Assembly: GCF_009914755.1 (NCBI RefSeq) | Contig: NC_060926.1 | Strand: one strand, 5' to 3' | DNA from: the human T2T-CHM13v2.0 reference genome, Homo sapiens | DNA: 64,000 bases | Shown: in pieces, positions 1-14,224 of the stretch | Layout of the letters: the number at the start of each line of letters is the position of its first letter | Position numbering within the stretch: position 1 is the stretch's first letter | Program-made: the position numbers and the translations under genes | Notes under the pieces: model-generated | Told to the model about the DNA's origin: nothing | Databases searched by the model: none | What the model saw: the letters and a program-made list of their open reading frames with translations, nothing else

Positions 1-1059
1 TGGAAACAGTAAAATTCAATTGCCATTTGTTTTCTTCTTTAAAATCCCCTTTACCGCACTTTCAAAGTAAGCTTTTCTCATAGCCCTGAAGAGCCTTTGT
101 CTTTAGGTTGTCAGTAAAAACAAGTTGATCCCTTTGACTCCGTTGGTTGAGATATGAGTGCACTGAAATGTGTCCCACAGCCATTGCCAAAGTTGTGGTT
201 TTTCAATTTATGTTGGAGACAAAAGAGTCCAAGGAGAATTCCACTTGTGTAGGTTGCATAAGAGCCGACAAACAAAGCTGAACTGGATAAGAGTATAAAG
301 AAAATAAGAGAAGCAAAATGTGTGATAGAGGCCACAGATACTGCTGTAGAGAGCGAGATGGTGACAAGGTGAAAAGGGGCTGCAAATTTATTAACTGGCT
401 CAGTCCTTCCTGAGAGCTCTGCACCATATCTCCTCCACACAGGTGCAGATTTTCTTTTAGTTTTATAAAGATTAGAGCAAGAAAGAAGCTGCTTTTAAAA
501 CAAGAAAAAAAAATCAGTTTCAGTGCACCATCTTGTATAATATTTTATCCTATTGTACCCTGTCATGGTTTAGGTATCACTGTATTCTCTCATTGTGTCA
601 TATATATATATTAAGAGCTAAATAAATGTCTGTTTCATTGAATAGTTCAGCTCTGCTCTCACCTCTCCTAATTAAACCAACACCACATGCCACTTGCTAC
701 CTCCTGAACAATAATTATTTTTGTGTTTCTTCATTTCTCCAACAGCTCCAAAGGTGTAACATTCAGCTCTAACATTAACGCTGTTGCTTCTAGAGGCTCT
801 GTACCCATCTCTCTGTTATGCCACACTGCCTTTAGACCTACTAGACTACAACACTTTGTCCTTTATGTCTCCTTACAGGTCCCAATAAGAGTCCCTGAAG
901 ACAAAAGGCAAATTGCATACCCAACATCAATTACATTTATCTTCCTTCATACACAAAGCATTGTATGTTTCCACATTCAAGAAACAAAGAAACTCATGAG
1001 TCATCATGGGAAGACCATGACTTTTAGATTCAGACTGATCTATATGCAAATGTGGAACT

Positions 1060-1195
1060 GATTCTACATTACATGTCCAGCTGTAAAACTGGGAGTAAAG
1101 TATATGACCTCTTTGGATCTGTTTTTTTCATCAGAATAATAGTAATATTTACCTTGCAGGTTTGTTCTGGGAACTCAATGAGATGACACACGTGC
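1060..1195 (+). mobile_element. MIR SINE fragment (degenerate)
   Basis: MIR core-like string (…ctgtttttttcatcagaataatagtaatatttaccttgcagg…aatgagatga); boundaries approximate. Confidence 0.5.
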
Positions 1196-2204
1196 AGTGG
1201 GGTTGCAAATGTACCCATGTTAGAGTCAAATGTGGGAAAAACAGGGGCCTTTTAGTGTTCTATATGTAGACTAGTCTTTGTAAACTTGCACCCCCACTGA
1301 TAGTGGAGGCAGTCCTGTGATCTTGGTTTGATCTAGTAATTGACATGTCATTTAGTTAACACAATCTGTTTTAGATGCTTTTCAGACTTTCAGATTCTCT
1401 CTCCTACTCCTGAACTTCCCTGGAATGACACCAAGATGTATGAGGGGTTTACTCTGTCCTTGTGACAGTGGAGAGAAAAAAATTCAGATCATGCGAAGTC
1501 CTCAGATACCCTCTATGCCCAGCTGTGGACAGGCTGGTGGAACTCCTCTCCTTGTCTGAGGATTGCTGAGCTATGCCTAGCTCTGCCTATCCTTTTGGAG
1601 TGAAGCTTTGGCTCCCTGGAGTCCAAGGTTTCAGGTATCTGTGTGTATTCAAGTCCACCCTCACTTTATCCTATCCACTCTGACCCCAAGCCTCTGACAA
1701 GTTGCCCACTCCTTTCTCAACACTTCCACATCCCTTCTGGAGCATTTGGGAAATCTTAAATCCCTGTCATAACAAGTTCAGACAATGGAGAGTCAGGGCT
1801 TCATTGTGGACTCATCACCTGAACCCATTCTCCAGTCTTCCCACAGAATTGCTCTGGAACCACCATGGATCTGGCGTCCAGCTGAAGGCACAAGTTGTTC
1901 TAGGTGCCTGCAGGCTCTGCCTTGGAAAATAATCTACTCCTCTGATATTTGTGTATTGCCCCACGCTTACTTCTATGTTCCTAAAAGACTTTTGCATTTG
2001 ACGTATGATTCTTATGTGGGGCAGTGGGAATAAGAACCTTTTTATTCTACTTTTTTTTTTCTGCCTCCATTATCTGACAGGATGGGAAGGGGTAAGCTTT
2101 TCTGTTGCTTTCCCTTCCTGTCTGAATGCAACTGTCCTATATCATTTCCTCCTCGTTTATTTAAGATTTCAGTCTCAAAGTTCAGCTGAAATGATGCAAT
2201 TGAC

Positions 2205-2570
2205 TGTATCTTAGTTTATTCCGAATACTACAACAAAATACCATAGACTGGGTAGCTTATAAAAAACAAAAATTTATTTCTCACCATTCTGAAATCTGGG
2301 AAGTCCAAGATGAAGGCACCAGCAAATTCCATGTCTGCTGAGGGTCTGTTTTCTGGTTCATAATTGGTACGTTCTCACTGTGTCCTCACATGGCAGAAGA
2401 GGCGAGGGCTTTCTCTTGAGTGACTTATAAAGGCACTAATCCCATTCATGTGGATCTGCGCCCATGACCTAATCACCTCCCTAAGTCTTCACCTTCTGAT
2501 ACCATCACCTTAGGGGTTAAAATTTCAACATAAAAAATTCTTAGAAGGCAGAAACAGTCAGACCCGAGCA
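2205..2570 (-). mobile_element. MaLR solo LTR, MLT1A-like
   Basis: Reverse complement of MLT1A-type consensus (…caaaataccatagactgggtagcttat…gggaagtccaagatgaaggcaccagca…atgacctaatcacctccc…); TG…CA ends. Confidence 0.8.
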
Positions 2571-5500
2571 GGGTGCAAGGAAAGAAATCAGTCCAACCAT
2601 AAGAAAACTTAGTGAGAAAATACCTCTAAAACTTTATCCCTGTTATAGATGGAAAACACTTGGTGCAGAGACTGGAATCTTCTATGAACTTGGATAGGTG
2701 AATAACACTGTACTACATGGTGATATCTGTGAAAGATCTAAGTGTTACACTTAGAACTTACAAATTCAAAACATTTTATAAGACAAGCATTGGGCTCATT
2801 CTGTCTATTCCACAGTCTATAGGCTGAACTCTGCTAAACCTATCTGATTAAATAAAGACATCCATAAAAGTCTTAATGACGGTCACACTACAAAGCTCTT
2901 TGAGTAACTAATCCCAGTGTTAGCCAGCAATGTGTCTTAGGGAAGTTCTTCACATTGACCTGGAATCCAAATACCTAATGAAAAAGAGCAAGTGTCAAAC
3001 TCAGAGTGTGTGTCTCTCTCTTCCTGTTTATTTGTGAATGCCTTTCAGTGATTAGGAAAAGAACAAAAACTATAAATGCAGCTTGTCAACCACAACAATG
3101 TACTTTTTCAACTTTTGGCTGATCAAGACATGAAAAGGTTATAATTTCACTACTTTTTATATAAACATAACTGCATATTTTCACAGCATTGCTTTAAGAC
3201 TTAAGCTCCTCCAGCTGATCGTAAATTGCCAGGAAATGTCTGCCCAGTCTATCACAGTGTCTTAATTAAGCAAAGGCATAGAAATTATATGGGGGCCTCG
3301 GCCCATGGGACTCACCAGGTGTAATGAATTCTGAAGAAGCAGTAGTTACAGATTTCCCAGGGCATGCTAATAATAAATACTAGTTAAAGGACAACAGAAA
3401 TAAAAAAGTTTTTTCTCTTTTCTACCAATCTCTTCCTTTTTAAAAAGATAGCAACTATTAGATCTTTAAGCCTCAATTTTGATGCCATTTCTTTCCAGAG
3501 AATTTCTTGGTTTCTCCTTTCCACACTCCATTATAGGCTGTGCTAAGGGACTCTCCTTTGCACTCCTATTGGTAAACAACATTATTATTGCATTATTCGC
3601 ACCTGCTATAATTGTCTTGTTATATATATTTGTCTCCCTCAGTAAGTCTGTGGCATTGCCTTGCAGATGTTTTATTCATCAAAATATCACTAGAATTATA
3701 GAAAATGTGTGGTCCTTAGTTATTTCTCAAAACAAAGATCAAATAAAACATACAAAAATTACCTTTTTAAGCTCCCAGAGGACTTTAGTAACCACAGATG
3801 CAGAGAAGTTACTTATTTTTTGTTTTTATTTTTGGCTATGAACAAGCCTTCAGTGAGTAAACCTTCAGTTAGTTCACTACCTGTTTCTGCCAAACTGGGA
3901 ACTAAAATATTTGCATTGTATTCTCTGTGAATGCTTGTGTTTCCAATAATTCACTCCTCAGAGGGCTTTCCCAGGAGGCTGGGGGTGGAGAGGGGCCCAC
4001 TGATAAACAGCAGATGCCCAGCAGGCCTGAGGCATGTCTGACACATGGATGATGAAGGAGATGGGAAAAAAGGAGCAGCAGCTCCTGGGATGACATATTT
4101 AAGAGCCCGAGGAGGTGCATTGCTTTAAAATTACTGATCATAAGAAATAGTTCCTGCAAATGGTGTGGGGTATGTGCCCTTCTGTCCATGCCAATTCAGT
4201 TGGTAAACACACAGAAACAGAATTCTCGTTGAGTACTTGAAGCTCATAGAAATGTCAACAGTAAAAGGAATGGGGCAGTTGGAATTCCTGTGCAATTTGA
4301 AGCTCTCACTTGAAAATGAGAGAGGAACAAGGAGCCAGGAGTGAACAGATCAGGGGATCAAGCAGGAATAATATATGGTTCAATACTTGTGTGAAGTAAG
4401 AGAGAAGAAATATTCGCTACCTTAGAAAAAGTAAAGTGCTTACTTTTCTGAGGTCATGGCCTTCCAAGAAAAGATATTTTAGTTGCAATAAATGAGCTCT
4501 TTCTTCATGAGGCTGAGAGTTTGGCTTCCTTAATCCTGCTTTAAAAAAAAACAAAAAAAAAAAGAGAGAGCAAGAGAGAGAAATAAAATGCACCCACTGA
4601 TGTTCAAAGAGGAAGAGCAAAAGCCTGAACTTGCCGTATCAATGATTAACTACAGAGTTACTCGTTGGAATAAGATACATAGGATTTGCACCCCAAGAGA
4701 GGGCACTGACCCTGTTTGAGAAATATCATTTGGTTAAGAATTAATTTCCTTCCTTTTAGAATTTGAAACAACAAAATCTATTAAGCAAAAAGTGGTAAGG
4801 GAGCACAAGATGCAGGAGACTTTCTCTGTCCCAAAGGACCTTATAGACTTGTTGAGAAGATTGTATGAATAGGTGAAAGTCACCAAACAATGGCATATGT
4901 GCTTGGCATAGAGTGAGCAATTGGTTAATATCTATATGGATTGCTGTTTAGCTAATGAAGTCTGTGGTGTATTTACTAGCCTTAAGTACATAATGTTGAC
5001 TAAACTATGCTCTGCTCAGACAGACAATGAGGCCTGCTCTTTGTGCTGCCCCTGACTCGGTCCTTTACAATGAGTCCCTGTGCTCCCTGTCCTCAGGAGC
5101 CACTGCCCTTTGGTCTCATGAAACCTTTCAGACCACATCCCTTCTGCCCTAACCTTCTCACTTAATTGTCGCAATTCTAGTTTATTTGCCAAAGGAAACT
5201 AATCTGTGTGATTATGAAAGTAAGAAGTAATATGAAGTATTATAAACAAGTGGGATAAAGTGTGATGATTTTGTATTTAGATGAGAAGTTGATCAGCTCG
5301 AACTACAGAGGGAAGGTAGTGCCCTTGGAGTCAGAAGTATAAATTGATGATCCAGGTCTGTCTCTTCTAAGTGTGCACCCTTGAGCAACTCACCAATTCG
5401 CAAAACCCGTTTCCTCATGTTTGCAGAGAAGGGATCCCAACTGTAGCACAGGCTTTGTTGGGCCAGTGGGGTGAGCCCAGCTGGAGTGGACAGACTTAAG

Positions 5501-7419
5501 TCCATTTTGCATGAACAATGGCTTGTTTGAATAGAAATGCTGGTAGGTCCTTTACAGGTGGTGAGAGAGGGCAATAACAAGGAGAATGTAGGTGATAGTC
5601 AATCAATTATTTCAACTCATTGGTGATGGTCATTTGGGAAATACAGGTTACATACAACTGGAAGGTAATGTAATTTTCCTCATAAGGTTATTATGAGGAT
5701 TAACCAGCAACCACAGTATCCAACAGAGGCTAATGATTTTGCCTGTACATTATTTGAATCTTATTTTGCAATCTTTATTTTGAGTCTTTATTTTGCAAAT
5801 AAAATTATTAAGGAAAAACTTATGTTGATAGTAAAAATACAAGGCTTAGAGTGAAGTGAAGTAATTTGGAGTTTGTATTCTTCAATCCATGATGGTGGCT
5901 GCATATACTACCCTCCTCTAGAGGTCACGCTAGCTGCCAGCTTCCAGTACCTTGAGGCATAGACTCCATTCTATTTATCTATCTATATGTATGCCACAGC
6001 ATCTAATAATGCGGCTTATTGCGCTAGAAGCTCACTATGGTTATGACAAATGAAAAATGAATAAAATTATAATTGGAAGTACATACCAGAAAGGAGCAGC
6101 AGTACTGTGTTCACTAAGGTCTTATTTAGTAACCCACAGTTTGGAAATGTTATGCTCATGGGGTGCAACGTTAATTAATGAACAGCCATGTGCTGAGTTC
6201 AGGAACAGCAGAAGACAATTATATCTCTGCTGCTGGTGCAGCAGCTCTTTCACCAACATGTGAGCCCTGCATAAAGCCTTGGAAATTTCCATTATAATAA
6301 AAACAACCTTGGAGGATCATTGGAGACAGGAGAATCTGTTCTTTATCCCCAACAGTGTGGTTGTCTCCTAAAATCAGGTTTTGCCAGCCTGATGCAAAAT
6401 CCTTGTTGCAAGTTTTGTTTACATTTACAGGCCACCTCAGTAAAAGAGATCAGACAGACGTTGTGGATATTAACTCCCACCAAGCCTCCTTTCATGCTGA
6501 TCTGAGTATAATTTGATTTTAGTCTTAGGTCAGAGGAAAATGGGTAATTGGGGCAAATTGGTATTGATCCAGGGACTTTGTTATATGACTTAGATTCTGA
6601 ACTCAGGTGAACTTGACCTCGCCCGCAGATTCCCCATCTCTTCCAGATCTCTCCTATCACTCATGTTGTCTCCCCCATTACTAACAGCTCTGGGCACTCA
6701 GGAGCCCAGTCTGGGATGCCTTAGTCATTATTTACTTCTTGATAAATCTACTTACCCTTTTCCCCTTAAACATCTCGCTGAAGATCACAGTTTTCAGCAG
6801 TCTTTGCAATCCTTCACAACTCTGAAAGAAAGGATCCTTACTCGATAATTATTTGTGGATTGGCAGGAACTGAACTCCAGTAGCATAGTCTTTAGGACTG
6901 ACATCAAGGATTTAGCCAGAGATGAGCTGGCTAATTGACAGCATTTTTGTTGTTATTGTTTAAAAACTGTGCATAAAGAGTTGAATCAAGATAGTTAGGA
7001 TTCACGTGTTAAAAAGTCACAGAAGTGCATGAGCCCCAAGGGGGCAGGGTGGGAGGGAGACATAGTACAGGCCCTCTTTGTCCATATAATAATGCCAAAG
7101 AAGCTCTTGGGGGTCAGCGGAGTGTTAGTGTTCTTGTCAATGCTGTCTTTATTAGGAGCTAAGGGCAGGACAACTCCCACCCTTAGGACAGCCAGAGTCT
7201 GGGATAACTCTATGACACTCTGGCATCCAGAGAATCAGGAGCCAGCAAGGAGGTAAGACTGGCTTGACTGCAGTGAGCAGAGGTGGCTGGGTGCAGAACA
7301 GAGACTATGGGAAGGAAAGACTCCTGGGGATCAGGGATTAAGGATGAAGGACACAGGACTAGAGTAAATGTCCTGAAACCACCACTGAAGGTAGTAAGTG
7401 ACAAGTGCAATATGGTCCT

Positions 7420-7710
7420 TTTTAGTTTTCTATGGCTGCTGTAATAAATTACTACAAACTTAGAAGCTTAAAACAACCTAACTTTATAATCTTATAGTTC
7501 TAGGATCAGAAGTCTAAAATGCATCTCACTAAGCTCACATCAAGCTGTTGGCAGGGCTGCATATCTTTCTGGAGGCTCTAGAAGAGAATTAATTTTCTGC
7601 TTTTTCTATCTTCTAGAGGCTGCCCACATCTTTCAGCATGGCTCTTTCATAAAGTTTTTTTCATGATGCCATCTTTCTGGTTCTACCCCTTCCAAATCCC
7701 TCTTCTACTT
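7420..7710 (-). mobile_element. MaLR LTR fragment (MLT1C/D/E-like)
   Basis: ttagttttctatggctgctgtaataaattactacaaacttag…gttggcagggctgc…ttctggaggctctag…ttctagaggctgccc. Confidence 0.65.
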
Positions 7711-8496
7711 TTTTTTTTCTTACTTTGGCTTTTTTTTTTTTTTGCTATATTTTTAAGAGATATCCTTAATTTTATCTCCTAACCCTTTTACTGAATCTAT
7801 CTTGGCTATTGTATTTTAAATTTTCTTTTTCATAGCACTCTTGGCCTCTGGATATAAACCTTTGCTTATCAATTTGAGATTGCTCTTGGTAGTATTATTT
7901 TGCTTTTTGATCTTTATTTCGTGGACTGCCTCTGTTTCCTCCATGTTCTGAATACTTAACTTCAGTCTTCTTGGACATCCTCTTTTACCTTGTATCCAGA
8001 ACATGGACAGGTGGTTGGGAGCTAGATCCCTGGTAAAGATGGAGGCATTCTCTCTAGAGAAATGGAAGAGCCCCAGAAACTATGTCTACATGTTGTAAAT
8101 GAATGGATCCTCAATAAAAGAGCCAAGCCCTTTGTTATCCTTCATGATGAAACTCACTTGTTAGGTTTCTGAGCTCTAATACCACCTATGTTTTCTGAGC
8201 CCTAAGAAACTGATTAAGAGCTCAGGGTTCATAAATGTTACAAGTATGCAAACTCTAACAGAAACTCTGCATTTATGTCCTACCCCTCATAAAATCATAT
8301 GTTCTCAATGTCTGTCACAGGGTTATTCAATTTCTCCCCAGAATTGTCATCCTGGAGGGTGAGACAGAGGCACTGTTTGTTCTAGTAGCCATCAACCAAA
8401 ATAATATCTGGAATACAGATTTAAAAGACACAGTGTTTGATGCCAAAAAGGCTTAAGTGCAGTAATACTGATACACATTTAAGCAGATGTTGTACA

Positions 8497-8848
8497 TGCT
8501 ATGATTCAAATGTTTGTGTCACTCCAAAATTCACATGTTGAAACCTTAGCCCCAAGGTGATAATATTAGGAGGTGGTGGCCCTTAGGAGATGATTAGATC
8601 ACATGGGAGGAACCTCATGAATGAGATTACTGTTCTTGTAAAAGAGACCTTCCTTGCCCCTTCCACCATGCAAAGACATATTTAAAAGCCTCCGTCTATG
8701 AAAAAGCAAACCATCACCAGACACGGAACCTGCCAATATCTTGATCTTGGACTCCCCAGCCTTTAGAACTATAAGAAATAAATTTCTATTGTTTATAAGA
8801 TACCTAGTTTATAGTATTTTATTACAGGGGCCCAAACAGACTAAGAGA
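8497..8848 (+). mobile_element. MaLR solo LTR, MLT1A0-like, with 5-bp TSD
   Basis: Starts tgctatgattcaaatgtttgtgtc, ends aaacagactaagaga; flanked by GTACA at 8492-8496 and 8849-8853; AATAAA near 8777. Confidence 0.85.
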
Positions 8849-9709
8849 GTACATGTTGTTTAGACAGGAGTATAATGAGGATTTAGTAAGAATACAGTAA
8901 GGTGAAAACAAAATGCAATCAATTGTGGAACAGAGGGAAGAAATGTTGCCTCTGCTTGGAGAGAGTGTTGGAAGGCTTTATAGCAGGGGTAACCTTTGAA
9001 CTAGGCGTTTCTGAAATAAATGTGTACAGGGTAGAATTTCCAAGCAGCAGAACGCATGCAGAAAAGCATCAAGAAGTCATAAAATAGGTTGTTCTTGGCA
9101 AATGATACAAAGTTATAGGTGTGGGAATGTTGGTCGTGAGAGGAAGTTTCGTTCTCAGAATCAAAATCAGTAGCAGCTAGGTACTCATCTCACAATGTTG
9201 CTTCAGAAAAATACAACTGTAAACTTATTCCTTGAAATATTGCAGGCTGCTCATTTTTCCTGGGTTTCTCACTGTGACTGTCCACCTATCACTTCCTCTT
9301 TCCTTAGCTATTGTGCTTGCCATGTCTTCTATTACTCAGTAACTCAGGAGAGAGATACGGGCTTACATTACCAAGGTCTAACAGGATGGGACACATGAGG
9401 CTTGTTGAAAAAAAAAAAAGGAGTAATTCAACATACATGATGGGATTTGAAGATTTTAATTCATGTCAGAATTCTTTCTGGATTCCAGATTTGGCTGCAA
9501 ATTTCATAAGAAATCGTTGAAGTATAGGTATTTGTAGTTAAACGATCTCAACGAACAAGACATACTATGGTCTTTAACCCCTGCGCTCCAGGAACTTAGA
9601 TCCCTGGTGTTCCAGGACAGTGTTCTTTTTATCCTGTTTTATCCCTGCTTAGGTATGCAAAATCAAGAATAAACAGGGTTTCTTCCTTCAGTGGAAACAG
9701 GGTCACAAG

Positions 9710-9723
9710 CCACCAGGTGGCAG
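9710..9723 (+). promoter_or_regulatory. CTCF core motif (forward)
   Basis: CCACCAGGTGGCAG, essentially the CTCF core consensus; binding not demonstrable from sequence. Confidence 0.6.
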
Positions 9724-10416
9724 TGGTCGTTAAAAGTGGATACAAGTTACAGGACAAGAATATTCTGTACTCCTTCCTCTTTTCATCCTGGCCATATTGG
9801 AAAAGTTTTTCATGTTCTAAAATTTCATGAACATCTCCAGCTGGATCCTACTCTTCTATGGGCAATGCCATTCTTTCAGTTTCTCAAGTTCATGTATTAT
9901 TTACCTTTCTAATCACTTATTTTTTAATCCAATTAATCTGCTTCTTACTAACACATTGTTTTTATCACATGAATTTTCTCAAATACTTGCAATGGCTTCT
10001 TAGCAACTACTTTGTTCTTGTAAAGTTGCTGTGAAGTTGTTAACAATTGCTTTGTAGTCAAGTAGTTTTCAAGCTCTTCAGGCTCATAACCAAAACTCAT
10101 ACTGCCTAGACCAATCCACCTTTACATAAACATAGAATCACATAGTGTTGTACATTGAAAGTAACTAGTAAAATTTGTAGAAATTATAAATTTACAAATT
10201 TGTAGTAAAATAATCACTACACAAAAAATAATAAAATATGTAAATATTATTCAAATCTATCAAAATATGTATTTAAAATACCAATCATTGAAATGGCATA
10301 TAATTGATATTTGTATATAATTATAAATATACAAATTTATAGAAATGAAAATATAAGGGTTTTAGCCCTTATATTTTTTAACACCAATAAGTCATTTAAA
10401 GCTATCAACTGAAAAG

Positions 10417-10940
10417 TGAAATAACAGGTACTAAAACTTAGAGAAATTATGGTTAGGTTTATTTTGAGCCAAGTTTGGGGTCTTAAGCCTGGAAACACAG
10501 ACTCAGTGCAGACTGAGAATGAGTCTCCAAAGTAGGTTCCATGAGGCACAGTATATAATTTCCTAATAGAAGGATGCATGTGGTACAGAAGGTGGGAGAA
10601 GCAGGGCCATGAAGCAGCAGTTACATTCCTATGATTCTGACTGGTGCTCAGTGACACTATCCATAGGTGATATATATGCATAAAGTGTACATGCAGTTGA
10701 GCGGGTAGGGACTAAGGTATCTGAGGGTCTGGTACAGGGTGAGTGATTCCATCTTGTCTTTGTTCTACCTCTGATACACGTTTATAACCTGTACCTGTCG
10801 GTGAAATACTTAACAAACTCCAGTTACGCAGGTAAGAGGTCAAATTTAGTTTATAGGCCTAGGTTTTATTACCCATGTGCCTGACTGCAACCATCGTGGC
10901 CACTGTTAAAATTTTCTTTTGATTTCTTTTTTTATGACAA
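10417..10940 (-). mobile_element. Probable ERV1 (MER4-group) LTR
   Basis: Antisense LTR-like string with reverse poly(A) signal (ggtttattttgagccaagtttg…cctggaaacacagactc); subfamily and ends uncertain. Confidence 0.45.
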
Positions 10941-10987
10941 AGCCTATAGGCCCTTGAGGTTTAAAGATTACACATTATAAAATTTCA

Positions 10988-11130
10988 GCCAGGTACAGTA
11001 GCTCATGCCTGTAATCCCAGAGCTTTGGGAGGCTGAGGTGGAAGTATGGTGGGAGGCGAGGAGTTCAAGACTAGCCTGGGCAACATTGAGAGACCCCATG
11101 TCTAAGAAAATAAAATAAAATAAAATAAAA
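10988..11130 (+). mobile_element. Alu monomer (FLAM-like) with (TAAAA)n tail
   Basis: Single left-arm Alu sequence followed directly by A-rich tail; flanks ataaaatttcag / ataaaatgtcag resemble a TSD. Confidence 0.85.
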
Positions 11131-11354
11131 TGTCAGTGTCATATCAGAATTTAACCACAGAGCTGTGGTATAAAACAATGCATCCTCCTGTGACAAGAGC
11201 TAGCTGTTTTTACATAGAATAGACTAGCTTAATTCATTCACATCCAGGAAACAAGCTCACCAACTGATTTAAGATTTTATGCTGACTGTAATAGCTATAA
11301 TAGTTTCATCTTGTATGTACAGAATAATTTATAAAGGCACAAGGTGATACTTAT

Positions 11355-11520
11355 TAGATCATTTGAGCCTCACAGGTGTCATATGAGGTTGACAGAAGAG
11401 TGTTACTCATGTTCTATTTTACAGAGAGAAGGATTTAAGTTCAGCAGAAGTAAGGTATTTGTCCAAGATGAGATGACTAAGAAGTGGCATAAATCAGATC
11501 TTCACTGGGTCTCCAGGATC
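11355..11520 (-). mobile_element. MIR SINE
   Basis: atttgagcctcaca…attttacagagag…gttcagcagaagtaaggtatttgtccaag, MIR core in reverse orientation. Confidence 0.6.
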
Positions 11521-12382
11521 CAGGTAACAAATGGAAGCAGGACCAGCTTTGGCTGCTGAGGAGATAGCAGGCAACTGCTAGGACTCTTTACTACTAGATA
11601 TTCCACGGGAACCTGGAGGACTTGGGGCTGGCAGGTTCTGTCTTGGTATCCAGAGGAAGTCTAGAAAAATTCAAGAAATTTAGTAAAGATAAAATAACTT
11701 CTTTCCTGCCACCCACATGTAGTTTCCAACCTTTTTTTTTTTGTTTTGGTGCAGCAGAAATCCTTTTTCATAAGAAAACTAAGTTGATCTGCTCTGGTTG
11801 CAGGAGAACCCAGGGAGCTGCTGGCTTGGGTTGACTCTACCCTCTCCACATGGCTCCTGAGAGACCGCAGAATGGAAAGGTTCCAAGAAATACGGTCAGA
11901 AAAAAATTGTTTAAAAACACTTGCAGTATTCAGGATCCCTCTTTATAAGCAATAGAAACAGATGCTAGCCCACCTAGGCAGAGAAGGTATTTATTTGAAT
12001 CCTCTGAGTGGTTTTGCTTCACTCACAGCATCACGGGGAGGCCTGGAGAAGTGGACCTGGTAGCTGCTTGCCGAACAGAAGCCTGAAACAGCACCTGGAA
12101 TACGTGTGGTGAGGAAAACTCTGCTTCATGTCTTGTGCTCTACTGGGCCTTGGTGCTTTGAGCCCATCCATATCTCTCCCCCGCGTTACTGAGTAATAGA
12201 GGACATGGCAAGCACAGTAGCTAAGAAAAGAGGAAGTAATAGGTGGACAGAGTCACCGGGAGAAAGACAGGAAAAATGAGCAGCCTGAAATATTTCAAGG
12301 AATAACTTAAAGAATTGTATTTTTCTGAAGCAATATGGTGACATAGATACATAGTGGCTATTGACTTTGATTCTGAGAATAA

Positions 12383-12766
<384 letters not shown>

Positions 12767-12774
12767 TGATGTGT

Positions 12775-13503
12775 TTATTTTTTAAATGTTTTTAAAATTT
12801 CAATAGCTTTTGGGATACAAGTGGGTTTTGGTTACATGGATGATTGTATAGTGGTGAAGTCTGAAATTGCAGTGCATCTGTCACCCGAGTAGTGTACACT
12901 GTACCCAATATGTAGTTTTTCAATTTCTCGCCCTCCTCCCACCCTTCCACTTCTGAGTCTCCAATGTCCATTATCCTACTGCATGTCTTTGTGTACCTAT
13001 AGCTTAGCTCCCACTTATAAGTGAGAACATGTAGTATTTGGTTTTCCATTCCTGAGTTACTTCACTTAAGATAATGACCTCCAGCTCCATTCAAGTTGCT
13101 GCAAAAGACATTACTTTGTTCTTTTTTATGGCTGAGTAGTATTCCATGGTGTATATATACCACATTTTCTTTATCCAATCATTGGGAGATAGGCACTTAG
13201 GTTGGTTCCATGTCTTTGCAATTGTGAATTGTGCTTAATAAACATATGTGTGCAGGTGTGTTTTTGCTATAATGATTTTTTTGCCTTTAAGCAGATACCC
13301 AGTAGTGGGATTGCTGGATCAAATGGTAGGCCTACTTTTAGTTCTTTAAGAAATCTCCATACTTTTTTCCATAGAGGTTGTACTAAATTACATTCCCACC
13401 AGCAGTGTGTTAGCATTCCTTTTCCACCACATCCACACCAATGTCTGTTGTTTTTTAACTTTTTAAGTTAAAAAACATTCTTGCAGGAGTGAGATGTTAT
13501 CTC
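12775..13503 (-). mobile_element. L1 3' end (L1PB-like), 5' truncated
   Basis: Antisense L1 3'UTR/ORF2 end; ORF track 12792..13049 (ENQILHVLTYKWEL) is typical of the L1 3' end. Confidence 0.85.
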
Positions 13504-14224
13504 TTGATGCCTTTCTTAATGCCTTCTGCTGCTTGGAAATTCGACCCTGCCACCTACACATTTCTTTCAGAAACTCTTAGCTCAGAGGTTACCCATGGTG
13601 AAAAGCATGATTCATACCTCAAGTCAAACTTCCACATCCTAGTCCTGCGACCAGTGGCAATTCACTGTTCTGGGCCATGGTCTCTTCATCTGGAAAATGC
13701 GGGCAATGCAGGTTGATGGAGTATTAAAGAAGTTAATTGAAGATGACTATAAACTATAACACAGTTTACAAATATAAGGTATGATTATTATAATATCCTT
13801 CTCTTCTTCTCTCTCTTTAGACCCACAGGGTTCTCGCAAAAAATAAAAATAAAAGAGTGAAAGCATGCCCCTCTCCCACCCACACACACTTTCCCTATGA
13901 TCCTTTTCTATCAGCACATTCTCCTGACTTTTGGAACATTCCTTCTCAGGTCTGAATTCTTTAATCACCATAATTAATTTGAGGCCTTGGTTCTCAAAGT
14001 TGGTGTTTTTCTGTTTGTTTTGTTTGTTTGTTTGGTGTGTGTGCAAAGGAAGAGAAGTCAGGAAATCCCAGCAAAATTTAAGGAAGTGGGAAACTGAGGA
14101 GAGGTGGGAAGAAGGAATTAGGGAGGTGGAGGGGACAGGTTAAACGTCAAGTCTACTGATAAGCATGTCTAATCTAAAGCGAAACTGACACACTTGTTCA
14201 AAGTTTCCAAGTTGACAATGTTCA

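Noticed and set aside
111-440. 109-aa hydrophobic minus-strand ORF
   Set aside because: No recognisable domain or splice context; hydrophobicity follows from the T-rich strand, so probably a chance ORF
4424-4449. Short inverted repeat AGAAAAAGTAA-agtgc-TTACTTTTCT containing a miR-17-like seed string
   Set aside because: Stem of about 10 bp is AT-rich, far too short for a pre-miRNA, and expected by chance
5915-5928. CCTCTAGAGGTCAC, CTCF-like
   Set aside because: Mismatches at informative positions; much weaker than the 9710 site
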